The position numbers and the translations under genes were made by a program. Under the pieces are notes generated by a model. The model did not search any database and had not been told where the DNA came from. It worked only from the letters and a program-made list of their open reading frames with translations. 64,000 bases of DNA from Octopus vulgaris (taxonomy: Eukaryota). This document shows positions 54,501 through 64,000 of the stretch, in pieces; the stretch's first letter is position 1, and every line of letters starts with the position of its first letter. The stretch is taken from assembly GCA_951406725.2 (NCBI GenBank), contig OX597815.1, forward strand, positions 14,818,001 through 14,882,000, given 5' to 3'.

Positions 54501-57338
54501 ATCGCATCTAGTTCGTCAATTTTTCAGTGACAGTTTCATGATGTTTCCATTCGTTCCGGAAGTCGACAGTTGTACTGATCGAGGTTGGTCTTCAAGCGAC
54601 AAGTGGCCATTCCTAAAACGTGAAATCCACTCATAAGCTTATGTTTTGTTCATGGGAGCGTCCTTGTAAGTTGCTTGAGCATGACAACTGTTTCGGCCGC
54701 CGTTTTCCCCGGCAGTAAACAGAATTTCACGGAAGCACAATGTTTCAGCCATCGCAAAAATCGACGAACAGAGAAGTACTGCAAAACAAAGACGCACCTC
54801 GTGTTAGTTCGACCTCACTGGACGACGCCGATCGAGTTACATAAGGGTTACATAAAGTGGCTTCTAGCGGCGGAAACCCGAACTACAACGAGCTTGTCCC
54901 ACAAAGGACGTTTCCGATTGCATTTGGGTACCACTCGTATGTCATAATATCACGGGTTTTATTTCACGTTGCTCTGCTCAGCTGCAAGAAGTAACAATCA
55001 GATGCAACCCTGTCTCACCAGTACTCACATTCGAGATGTGCCATAGGATTGAAAATAAGGGATTCAAGAGGATGTATATGTCTACTTGCGGGTAAGTGGG
55101 CACTTGCCTGCGAGTAGTGGGTGAGTGGGAATATGTGTATGAGCGCATGCGCCTGTGTGCTTAAAGAAGAAACTGCTACCAGAACTTTAATGTATACAAA
55201 TATTTATATCTTTATCAAAATATGCTACGAGCTTCAATCGCTTAAAATAATACAATTTAATCATTCTGAAATAAAAGGGAAAATATATTGAAACAGATGA
55301 ACTTGTATAAATCTCTCTCAGGATATCAGTTCTGAAATTTCACATGTTATTATTACAAGAAATCGCATGGTACTGCTGTTTCGAAATCCGCCAACTAACT
55401 AGAATATCTGTTTTTGCTTTTTGGATTGCAGGAATGGGTATGATTGCTGATAAATACCCGGAGGATAAAGAACGTAGCAAAGCTATGGGCATTGCAATGG
55501 GAGGTTCAGCAGCCGGTGTCCTAGGTACGTATGAACACTTACTTATATCGCAACCCTGTTTCAAGTCCTACACAGAGCCTATCTTTCTTTGAATGCGATG
55601 AATATTCTCAACAAACCATAAAGATATTGGCACACTATACACTTGCGTCAGAAATTAATTAGCACTTCTCAAATTTCTACATTAAATAGGTTAAATCAAT
55701 TAACCTATGAGCTGTTCAAAACGTCTTACGCGATGAGAAAACTTAGTACGGTGTGATTTCGGTCCTTGCGAGGCGCTACCTATATCTATTAAACAAAGGA
55801 AGATTTGTCTGCATCCGCACTCCAAGTTGTTGTTGCACTGCTATGTCAACATCATAAGGCTGTAGACTCTCAAACTGCTCTGCAAACAAAGTTACGTCAT
55901 CGTTCTGCGCAACAGTGAACTCGCAACAAAGCAATAGTTCGAGATATGGCCACTAGGTGACAGCACATACCTTGAGTGAAGAGCAAATCAAGGGTGCTAA
56001 TTAATTTCTGACGGTAGTGTACTTCATTCTTGGAATTTGATCGGGACTTTTAGGTACCTCCTTAAGTTTAATAATTCAAACAGAACTAGGACAACCAGGA
56101 TCTCTCCTAAATGACGATCAACTATATAATGTAATTGTTACAGCTCACGCATTTGTTATAATTTTTTTTCTTGTTATACCTGTTATAATTGGAGGATTTT
56201 GAAATTGACTAGTACCTTTAATACTAGGGGCACCAGACATAGCATTTCCACGAATAAATAATATAAGTTTTTGACTCTTGCCTCCTTCTCTTACTCTTCT
56301 TCTTTCATCTGCTGCAGTTGAAAGAGGTGTAGGTACCGGATGAACCGTTTACCCACCTCTTTCAAGAAATTTAGCCCACATAGAACCTTCTTTTGACCTG
56401 GCTATTTTCTCACTACGTATCATTAATGTTCATAGAACTTTATTCTACCATGTAACTTCTCAGAGTCAAGGGTCAACCAAACCAGAAGAGATCCTTGCGA
56501 TATTAACTTAATCGTATCTTATGCTCTTGGCAGCCGACAAACCGCTTATTCTTCGAGCACCATCCGGAGTATTCGAGCGGTTCCAAGCAGTGCTGTTTTC
56601 TGCAAGTCCTCCACCCTTATTGCAACCCCTATTTGTTCCACGTACTTCTCGAGATTTTTACTCACTGTTCCCAGGACCCCGACAATGATTATTAATATTA
56701 TTATTATTCTATGTTTGACTTTTGCTTTACATTTGTACAAGTTGGCTCCATGTCTCCCCCAGAGACCTCAAGAGACAACAAGTTGGAAGTTCATGTTGGT
56801 GTTATGCCTAGGGTGCCATATATTTGGTTTTGTACATAGTGTTGTACTAGTGAATGCCTAAAAAAACCATACGAAAATTATGTTTGTTTTAAAACTTGAC
56901 ATTACATAGAAAGTATTTTGCGTAGGATATGAGCAGTTCAGGCAAATTTCTACTGCATCACCTGCTACACCTTCGTGTTGTTGGGGTGTGTGCAGCATTG
57001 TGTGTTCGTTTCTGTTGCTGGGCGTGTGCAAACTCTTCCCGGTACTGTATTGTATTAACTTTTTTTTCTCTCTCTCTCTCTTGAGGTGTGGTGCAGTCTT
57101 TTGTTGCGTTTATACTTGTATTGTGTGTTGGGTGTATAATGCTTTGTTTTTTTTTCAGCTTGCTGGTGGAAGTTTTTTTTCACTGGGTAAATGCTATGTA
57201 GGGTGTGTCTTGTATTTGTGGGTTGTTTTGTTTAGGTTGTATTATTGCATTGATAGCGTCTTACGTAGGATGTGGGTTGTTCCTTGCAGGGCTATTTTTG
57301 GACAGTGTGTAGTTTTGAGGATTCTACATTTTTGTTCA

Positions 57339-57398
<60 letters not shown>

Positions 57399-58544
57399 CA
57401 TCACTATTGCTGCTGTTCCTCTTGCTGTTAGTGCAATAGTCCTATTATTACTGGATGCTTTCGACACAACCAAGCATGGCTCTATGTGCCTTAATTATGT
57501 GGCATACCTAGTAGTTCATTTTCCAGCGAATTGTATGTATTTGTAAATCACTGCCTTTTCGATGTATTTCCCACCTCGAATCGAGCAGATTCTCGTTTGC
57601 TGACATTATGTCCGTTTTTTGTCTGCACTTTTTGAATAAAATATTTCTCTATAGGCGCAGGAGTGGCAGTGTGGTAAGTAGCTTGTTTACCAACCACATG
57701 AATCCGGGTTCAGTCCCACTGCATGGCATCTTGGGCAAGTGTCTTCTACTATAGCCTCGGGCCGACCAAAGCCTTGTGAGTGGATTTGGTAGACGGAAAC
57801 TGAAAGAAGCCTGTCGTATATATGTATATATATATATATATGTATGTGTGTGTATGTGTTTGTGTGTCTATGTTTGTCCCCCTAGCATTGCTTGACAACC
57901 GATGCTGGTGTGTTTATGTCTCCGTTACTTAGCGGTTCGGCAAAAGAGACCGATAGAATAAGTACTGGGCTTACAAAAGAATAAGTCCCGGGGTCGAGTT
58001 GCTCGATTAAAGGCGGTGCTCCAGCATGGCCGCAGTCAAATGACTGAAACAAGTAAAAGAGTAAAAGAGAGTAAAGAGCCAAAATACAAATACACTTAAC
58101 ATGGAAGCTTGAAATGGGGGAGGGGGTGTTTTTTCAGCTATTTTTCCAATATTAATGCTGCAAAATCCTAGATTTCCACCATAAAACCCTAAAACCAATA
58201 TTGTGTCAATGATTCAGCTACAATGATGAACGTAAGCGGCCTGTTGGTTTCGTCATGGTAGATTTACTGATCGATGGAGTTTAAATGAGAAACGAATTAA
58301 ATGAGAAACGAATTAAAATATTAGATCCGCTCTCTCTCTTCATCTCTCTCTCTCCTTTTCTCTCCCTCTCTCTCCATCTTCCCCTCTTTCTCTTTCTCTG
58401 TCTCTCTCTCTCTCTCTGTCACACACTCTAGTTAAAAATATGTACATTGACAGAAACAGATGGATAAATGGAGAGAGAGAGAGACAAGGAAGCAGGCAAA
58501 CAGACAGACAGATAGATAGGTAGGTAGGTAGGTAGGTAGGTAGG

Positions 58545-58639
<95 letters not shown>

Positions 58640-58640
58640 C

Positions 58641-58672
<32 letters not shown>

Positions 58673-60440
58673 GAGATAGATAGAACAATTCCTCCCTCTC
58701 AATGTAGTCCTTTCAGCTGTATTAAGGCAATCAACACAGAAGTGACGGAAAGGGAAAGTGAGAGGCAAAGAAATTATGAAAATGGTGAGTAATCTGGTTT
58801 AATTCCTCATTCAAGCTAGATGTTTACACTAATCTAGCTAGAAACTTCTTGTCGCTAAATAAATAGCATTTTCTAAGAGTCCATAAGTATCATAGGCTTT
58901 TAACTATCCATAACACCAAGGTTTACTGTTCATGCTTAGATAAAATCGCTTCTTGCATCGCACGCTACAACGAAAACGAACATTGACGAACACAGTTTAA
59001 ACCCCACACCCAACCTGTAACTGCTGAAATTCCATCGACTGCCTACTGGAAGGGTCTTGACTCTCAAACTCTGTGGTCCACAGAGCCACATTCACACCAT
59101 TTAATAGCGTCACAAGATGTTACCCAGACATAGCAACCTATGATTTCAAGGGAAGATTTACACTGCACATGCACTGTTTCTGATGTTAGGATGTTAGGAA
59201 CAAGAAAAAATCAATATCACTGAACCTCTTCTTCTGTTGGAAACGCTTTTCCCAACATCACACGATGCATCGTTGTCATGTTCCATACTTACTAATCTGG
59301 AGTTCATGATTGTCAATTCAAACTGCATATTCTGCAATAAGGTAGGTGGAACATCCACCTATCCTATTATTACCACCAATGATACTCCCTGTAACTGAAC
59401 TTCAAAGCATTAATTAACAACAGCATGGAGAAACCCCAGTAATACATTGCATTAGCTGACCCACGCACAACTGCAGTGTATATAATCCCTAGTGGCCCAT
59501 AGTGAGACTATTTCCTCTCGTGCGTACAAATACCATGTCCAACGATTACCTCGCAACTATTATTTTGCAACAGGGTTACCTACTTGCAAACAAATGTGAT
59601 AACATGTAACATTATTGACCGAGGTTACCGTGGTCTTTTCCGTAGGCTTTTCTTTCCACGGATAAACCTTATCTGCTTCCCCCTTTACACTTTACATCAT
59701 GACATTTCTGTGATACACGATCCCTATTGATCGTTTCCCCCCCTTTTTTCTTTCCTTTTTACGATCCCTTTTGATCGAAAACCTACCCCACTTTTATTTT
59801 TCTCTCCCCAAAAAGAAAAGCTCTACTTTGTAATATGTTCCGTCTGTGTGCAGCCCTGTGTGGCTAATAAAGAAACATCTTTGCTAAGCTGTCAAATCCT
59901 ACAATCCGCTGACTACCTGATTCCAGTATAATGTGCACTCAACTGCAAGGAGCACATAAGGGAATGAATTTCTGTACATAGTATATATGTGACCTGAACT
60001 GAACAATGGAGGTCCAGATATTCTCACAGTAAAACCATTTTAAAATTTCTCTTCTCTTTACCCTGACTCCGTACATCTGAGGATGTAGTCGCGTTCTGCG
60101 CTCACTATAAGATGAAGCATGAGGAACTTAACGCGTCGCTAAATAGGAGTCTCTAATTGCGTTTATATTTATATGAATATGTGTTTTCATGTTAATTTGA
60201 TATATATATATATAATGTACAAATGTCAAGCATATGAGTTAGAAGTTATGATCTTTCGTAAAGTTGCATATTTTTAATTCATTTAAAAAACTTTCAACGT
60301 TGTTTTGTGTTGGTATCTTTACAGCGGGCTATCCTCTTGGAGGCTGTATGTATATATATATCGGCAAGTTCGCGCCCTTCCTGTTGATTGTAGTTCTGAC
60401 AGCAATTGATTCCGGTAAGTACGAGTGTTATCGAGTATGT

Positions 60441-60491
<51 letters not shown>

Positions 60492-61867
60492 ATGTGTGCG
60501 CGTGTGCGCGTGTGTGTGTGCGCGTGTGTGTGTGTGCGTGTGTGTATGTGTGTGTATTATGTGTGTGTGTAGTTAGGATTACAATCCAAGTTGTGTCCTC
60601 ATGAAGCACATATGCAAATTTCTACACTCCAAATTTGTATGTAGTGGTTATAATTGTGTGAGGTATGCATAAAAGTTGAAAAAAATACTAGAAAATATTT
60701 TTTTGCTGAGTAATTACATATCAAAACAGAAAACTGGAAAAATTTTTTAGTATTATATATTCACCATTACACGTGTTTCTTTGCTAATAGGAGTTACAAA
60801 ATTGGACATTCAGGAGAAACATGGAAGATATCTTCTATTAGAAATTCTTCAGAGAGAGAATCGAAAATTTTCTAAAAGGAGATATCATACCCATTTTTCC
60901 TGCAGGTTCAATTTTGTGACTCCTATTAGCAAATGAAACACGAGTAATGATGAATGAATTATTCCATAAATGTTTTCCATTGTCCTGTGTTGATTTGTTT
61001 GTGTGTGGTGGGGACGCACGTACACACACATACGCACACGCGTACACACACACACACACACACACAACCTTTGTTAATTTAGATAATTGCACTTACTGTG
61101 CTGACTAGTTACATTTCCATTTCGAATTCAAATGAGTATAAATAAAATGTGTTAATGAGGGTTTGCGTGTGTGAAATGATTTGGCGATTTGGTGGTAAAC
61201 TGCACTTGTCTATCAAACAGCTGGGGAATATACTGTAAAATATTAGTGTGTGAAGAAACTGATGTTAATTCGCAAAGGGAAATGTTATTTAAAATGGCAC
61301 TAGAAGAAAATCACATCTGAGTCCACAAGATTATGGATCACTGGGTTAGAATTACTTCTGTATATAAACACTATGGTGAGTCAAAACCAGTTCATACTAT
61401 CTCCATTCTATTACTGGAAATATGTTGATATCGGAAATACGGAGATATACTTGCATAGCGAGTGACTTGATCTGAGATCGTGTGCCGGAAAGAAAACAAT
61501 TGCAGCGTGGAAGATGTTTATAAGCTATTTAAGAAACACACAAAAACCGTTAGATTCACTTCAACATTTAAATTTAATTTGTCAAAATATTTTCGTTGCT
61601 TTGAGACCGCGACCTGTTCACTGACAAAACTTCGTGCTGCATTTGACTTTCTCAGATGTCGCGGTCTCAAAGCGACGAAAATATTTTGACAAATAAATTT
61701 AAATGTTGAAGTGAATCTAAAGGTTTTTGTGTGTTCTTAAATGGCTTATAAACAAACACCTTCCACGCTGCAATTATGTTGATATCAATTTTCATTAAAG
61801 TTTTTGCTCTACTTTCTTTTTGACAGTTCTCTTGGTATTGTTCCTCCGTTCCAACACCGCTGAACAA
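34293..61867 (+). CDS. SLC18A: SLC18-family vesicular amine transporter (VMAT/portabella-like MFS), 5' part: join(34293..34431,38004..38313,40335..40393,42808..42891,55432..55524,60325..60414,61827..61867); continues beyond the window
   Basis: Seven AG/GT-bounded exons splice in frame (816 nt, 272 codons): MVSHT...[24 protein letters not shown]|VPIIPDYL...[30 protein letters not shown]|[19 protein letters not shown]|[28 protein letters not shown]|[31 protein letters not shown]|[30 protein letters not shown]|[14 protein letters not shown]. This matches TM1-TM6 of VMAT-type transporters. The symbol is family-level only. Confidence 0.93.
34755..35295 (+). mobile_element. CR1/L2-group LINE 3' end
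   Basis: [36 protein letters not shown]; tail ggcggtgcatcagcatggccgcagctctgagctgaaac. Confidence 0.85.
36960..37192 (-). mobile_element. SINE group A with 20-bp TSD
   Basis: gaagatggtataactgattt at 36940-36959 and 37193-37212. Confidence 0.9.
38004..38313 (+). CDS. SLC18-like exon 2 (VPIIPDYL, luminal loop, TM2)
   Basis: tttcag|TA CCG ATT ATC ... AAC AG|gtaagg; lies within ORF 37985..38317; N-glycosylation sequons NRT, NRT, NFT, NFS in the loop. Confidence 0.93.
39475..40132. mobile_element. Fold-back element with arms of about 230 bp, carrying a hammerhead
   Basis: 39478-39712 is the reverse complement of about 39905-40130; tatata at both ends. Confidence 0.8.
39619..39720 (-). ncRNA. Type I hammerhead with canonical core and long stem II
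   Basis: Reverse complement reads aagac-CTGAAGA-ttgggagtatgtcg...cgatgtactttcat-GAAA-cacgtg-TA-gtctt. Confidence 0.8.
40335..40393 (+). CDS. SLC18-like exon 3 (59 nt, TM3: [20 protein letters not shown])
   Basis: ctttgaag|A TGT GGT TAT ... TGT T|gtaagt; phase 2 to phase 1 bridges exons 2 and 4 exactly; not shown in the ORF track. Confidence 0.9.
41777..42162 (+). mobile_element. Helitron-type element with the same 3' end as 31497-31879 but a different body
   Basis: Ends caaacccgagcaacgccgggcgatactgCTAG|T. Confidence 0.7.
42808..42891 (+). CDS. SLC18-like exon 4 (84 nt, TM4: [27 protein letters not shown])
   Basis: ccttcag|TG TTC ATA ... GCG G|gtaagt; not shown in the ORF track. Confidence 0.92.
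42991..43482. mobile_element. Tc1-type MITE with a nested group B SINE
   Basis: TA|cagtcgtggccaaaagtttggaacat ... atgttccaaaacttttggccacgactg|TA. Confidence 0.88.
44183..44225 (+). ncRNA. Minimal hammerhead, slightly degraded
   Basis: gtaa-CTGACGA-ggc..gcg-GAAA-cgcatgcg-TC-ctac; the closing pairs of stems I and II are mismatched. Confidence 0.6.
44365..45018. repeat. About 120-bp VNTR (5 copies of atgtatatgtatgtacacgaagaggtgtac in CA-rich spacers)
   Basis: Directly visible. Confidence 0.9.
45225..45439. mobile_element. Mariner-derived MITE
   Basis: tatgagggatgctgaaaaggtcctggcttt ... aaagccaagaactttttagcaaccccttgta. Confidence 0.75.
46826..48135. repeat. 15/20-bp minisatellite expanded inside a group A SINE (46660-48165)
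   Basis: Units c(g/c)ccactcccaaagt and ctagtcccctctcccaaag; SINE sequence on both sides. Confidence 0.95.
52290..54480 (+). mobile_element. Third Tx1/L1-clade LINE fragment (end of APE plus RT), interrupted by SINE A at 52775-53212
   Basis: [38 protein letters not shown]. Confidence 0.85.
55432..55524 (+). CDS. SLC18-like exon 5 (93 nt, TM5)
   Basis: ttgcag|GA ATG GGT ATG ... CTA G|gtacgt; [25 protein letters not shown]. Confidence 0.93.
55640..56019. mobile_element. Tc1-type MITE
   Basis: TA|cacttgcgtcagaaattaattagcac ... gtgctaattaatttctgacggtagtg|TA. Confidence 0.8.
56500..56940 (-). mobile_element. Two tandem R4/Dong-like LINE 3' ends
   Basis: [30 protein letters not shown] and [11 protein letters not shown], joined at a (TAA)n tract near 56690-56708. 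Confidence 0.72.
59560..59877 (+). mobile_element. Probable LINE 3' UTR fragment
   Basis: Pyrimidine-rich, ends cagccctgtgtggctaataaagaaa, resembling the SINE A tail. Confidence 0.45.
60325..60414 (+). CDS. SLC18-like exon 6 (90 nt, TM6)
   Basis: tttacag|CG GGC TAT CCT ... TCC G|gtaagt; [24 protein letters not shown]. Confidence 0.92.
61433..61774. mobile_element. 342-bp fold-back hammerhead element with 12-bp TSD
   Basis: TSD tatgttgatatc (61421-61432 and 61775-61786); inverted arms at about 61498-61613 and 61658-61774. Confidence 0.82.
61578..61628 (-). ncRNA. Minimal type I hammerhead with G3:C8 core
   Basis: Reverse complement reads tttgtca-GTGAACA-g-gtcgc ggtctcaaa gcaac-GAAA-atat-TT-tgacaaa. 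Confidence 0.72.
61827..61867 (+). CDS. SLC18-like exon 7 (41 nt, [14 protein letters not shown])
   Basis: Pyrimidine tract then tgacag|TT CTC ... GAA CAA|gtaagt; phase 1 to 0, similar to the short post-TM6 exon of VMATs. Confidence 0.75.
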
Positions 61868-62959
61868 GTAAGTAAAGGATTTTCACTACATTTCACAAGT
61901 ATCTGAGCGGACAAGCTTTTAAATGCTTGTGTCACTAGTAAATGTTATTAAGGATACAAGTTAAAACTATTCTCTCTCGCAGAAATCAACAGAGCAGAGA
62001 TCATCACACATCAAGCTATACCAATTGAATGTATGTATGTATGTATGTATGTATGTATGTATGTATGTATGTATGTATGTATGTATGTATGTATGTGTGT
62101 ATGTATGTATGTATGTATGTATATATGTGTGTATGTGTGTATGTATGTATGTATGTATGTATGTTTGTATATATGTGTGTATGTATGTATGTATGTATGT
62201 ATTTATGTATGTATGTATGTATGTGTGAATGTATGTATGTATGTATGTCAGGTCACTTTCGAGTGCTACTCGTAACATGTAACCCAGTACAACCTGTTGC
62301 ATGGTCGGGTCGTCGGCGACTAAACCGGCAACCCCACCAAGCTTGCTTGGTGAGGAGGGTGTTTATTGGACACCCTGCAGAATGAAAAACAAAACCCGTC
62401 AAAGAGCGGAGGAACTCTTGAGAGTCAACGGCCATCCAATAAATGTCTTAAGGCTGTATCATGCGCGGGGAAATAGAAATAATCGGACTGAATACCCGAT
62501 CGCGTGATTAAACCATTAGGAGTGAAGGACTCATAGCCTTTGTTAGGGCATCCTTCTAGGAGAAGGTAACTTAGGTAACTGGGATAACTCCGAGATAAAA
62601 CCTGCGGCTCAGTGGTTACCGATGATGTTGACTTGTTCTTCTTTTCGGATTATGGCTGCTGTTGTTTAGTGAGTGGGATTGACTCAGTGCACAGCCTTTC
62701 CTCACTTTAAAAAGGAAATCTTCTTGCACAGGCATTGCACGATAACAACATTAAGCTTCGTGCAATGGCCATACTCGATAACGAGGGGGCAGCCACCATG
62801 TATTATGTATGTATATGTGTGTGCGTGTGCGCGCGTGTGTGTCATTATTCGGTTTTATTGCAATATTCTCTGCCAATAAAGAGACAGTTTCTAACCTAGG
62901 TCCAAAGCTTCTTCACTGGAATTTCTTTCAACTACATCACAGGGTATTTTTGCATGTAT

Positions 62960-63300
62960 GCATTTATATGTACAGTATTTGAAGCCAGTGCACGTGCAAA
63001 TTTGTATGTTTTGTTTTATGTGTGTATTCTCATGCATATACACTCATGTCAAGACATACGCATATATACTTAAATGATAAACTTCTGAAAAGCTTTACAA
63101 AATTTTGACAGTTCCAGTGATGGCTTGGATCTGTAATCCCCCAATCAGCCTTCTTCTTTCTGGTTTGGAGAAGCCTAATTTCTCAAGATTGGTACTTAGG
63201 CAGTGCCCCAATAATTACAAGCATAAACCTGAACTTGTAATCCGGATAGAGCAACTGCAGATTTCTCAATAGTTCAGTGTATGCGTGGTCTTTTTCGCTG
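62960..63300 (-). mobile_element. R4/Dong-like LINE 3' end; a related tail starts at about 63870
   Basis: YTELLRNLQLLYPDYKFRFMLVIIGAL; 62990-63120 resembles 63870-64000. Confidence 0.6.
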
Positions 63301-63729
63301 TATAGGCGCAGGCGTGGCTGTGTGGTAAGAAGCTTACTTCTCAACCACATGGTACCGGGTTCAGTCCTACTGCGTGGCGCCTTGGGCAAGTGTCTTCTAC
63401 TATAACCTCGAGCCGAACAAAGCCTTGTGAGTGAATTTGGTAGGCGGAAATTGAAATAAGCCCATCGCGTATATATGTATATGTATATAGGTGTGTGTGT
63501 TTGTGTCTGTGTTTGTTCCCCCATTACCACTTGACAACCGGTGTTCGTCGGTTACGTCCCTGAAACTTAACGGTTCGGTAAAAGATAGAATAAGTACTAG
63601 GCCTTAAAAGAATAAGTTCTGTGGTCGATTTGTTCGACTAAAAGCCTTCAAGGTGGTGCTCCAGTAGGACTGTAGCCAAGTGACAGAAATGAGTAAAAGA
63701 GTTAAAGATTAAAGGAGTATGTATGCATG

Positions 63730-63763
<34 letters not shown>

Positions 63764-64000
63764 TGTATGTATGTATGTATGTATGTATGTATGCATGTAT
63801 GTATGTATGTATGTATGTATGTATGTATGTATGTATGTATGTGTGTATGCATGAATGTATGTATGTCTGTGTACAGATTTGTATGTTTTGCTTTATCTAT
63901 GTATTCTCAAGCATATAATTTCAGATTTAGACATATACTCAATATATATTTAAATGAAAAACTTTTGGAAAGTTTTACAGATTTTTACAGTTCCGGTTGT

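Noticed and set aside
62250-62800. Possible LINE 5' UTR with an HDV-like ribozyme
   Set aside because: The nested double pseudoknot could not be established by eye.

Overview
Repeat-saturated eukaryotic genomic DNA, most likely an octopus. This is inferred from the tRNA-derived SINE families and the very high (TATG)n/(TA)n/(CA)n load. There is one 100-N assembly gap at 25489-25588. One host gene is present: seven coding exons on the + strand (34293-61867, 272 codons, continuing past the window) of an SLC18 vesicular amine transporter whose motifs look more like the orphan 'portabella' type than canonical VMAT. The rest is transposable elements: Penelope-like fragments, a Chapaev3-like transposon, two mariners, Tx1/L1, CR1-like and R4/Dong LINE fragments, Helitron-type elements, MITEs, three SINE groups, and mini- and microsatellites. 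The main hidden signal is about ten type I hammerhead ribozyme motifs. Several lie in short fold-back elements next to (TA)n tracts, have self-complementary stem III, and carry rare compensated cores (G3:C8, U3:A8). The intact intronic copies are antisense to the transporter pre-mRNA. Repeat coordinates are approximate and were read by eye; no searches or folding programs were run.
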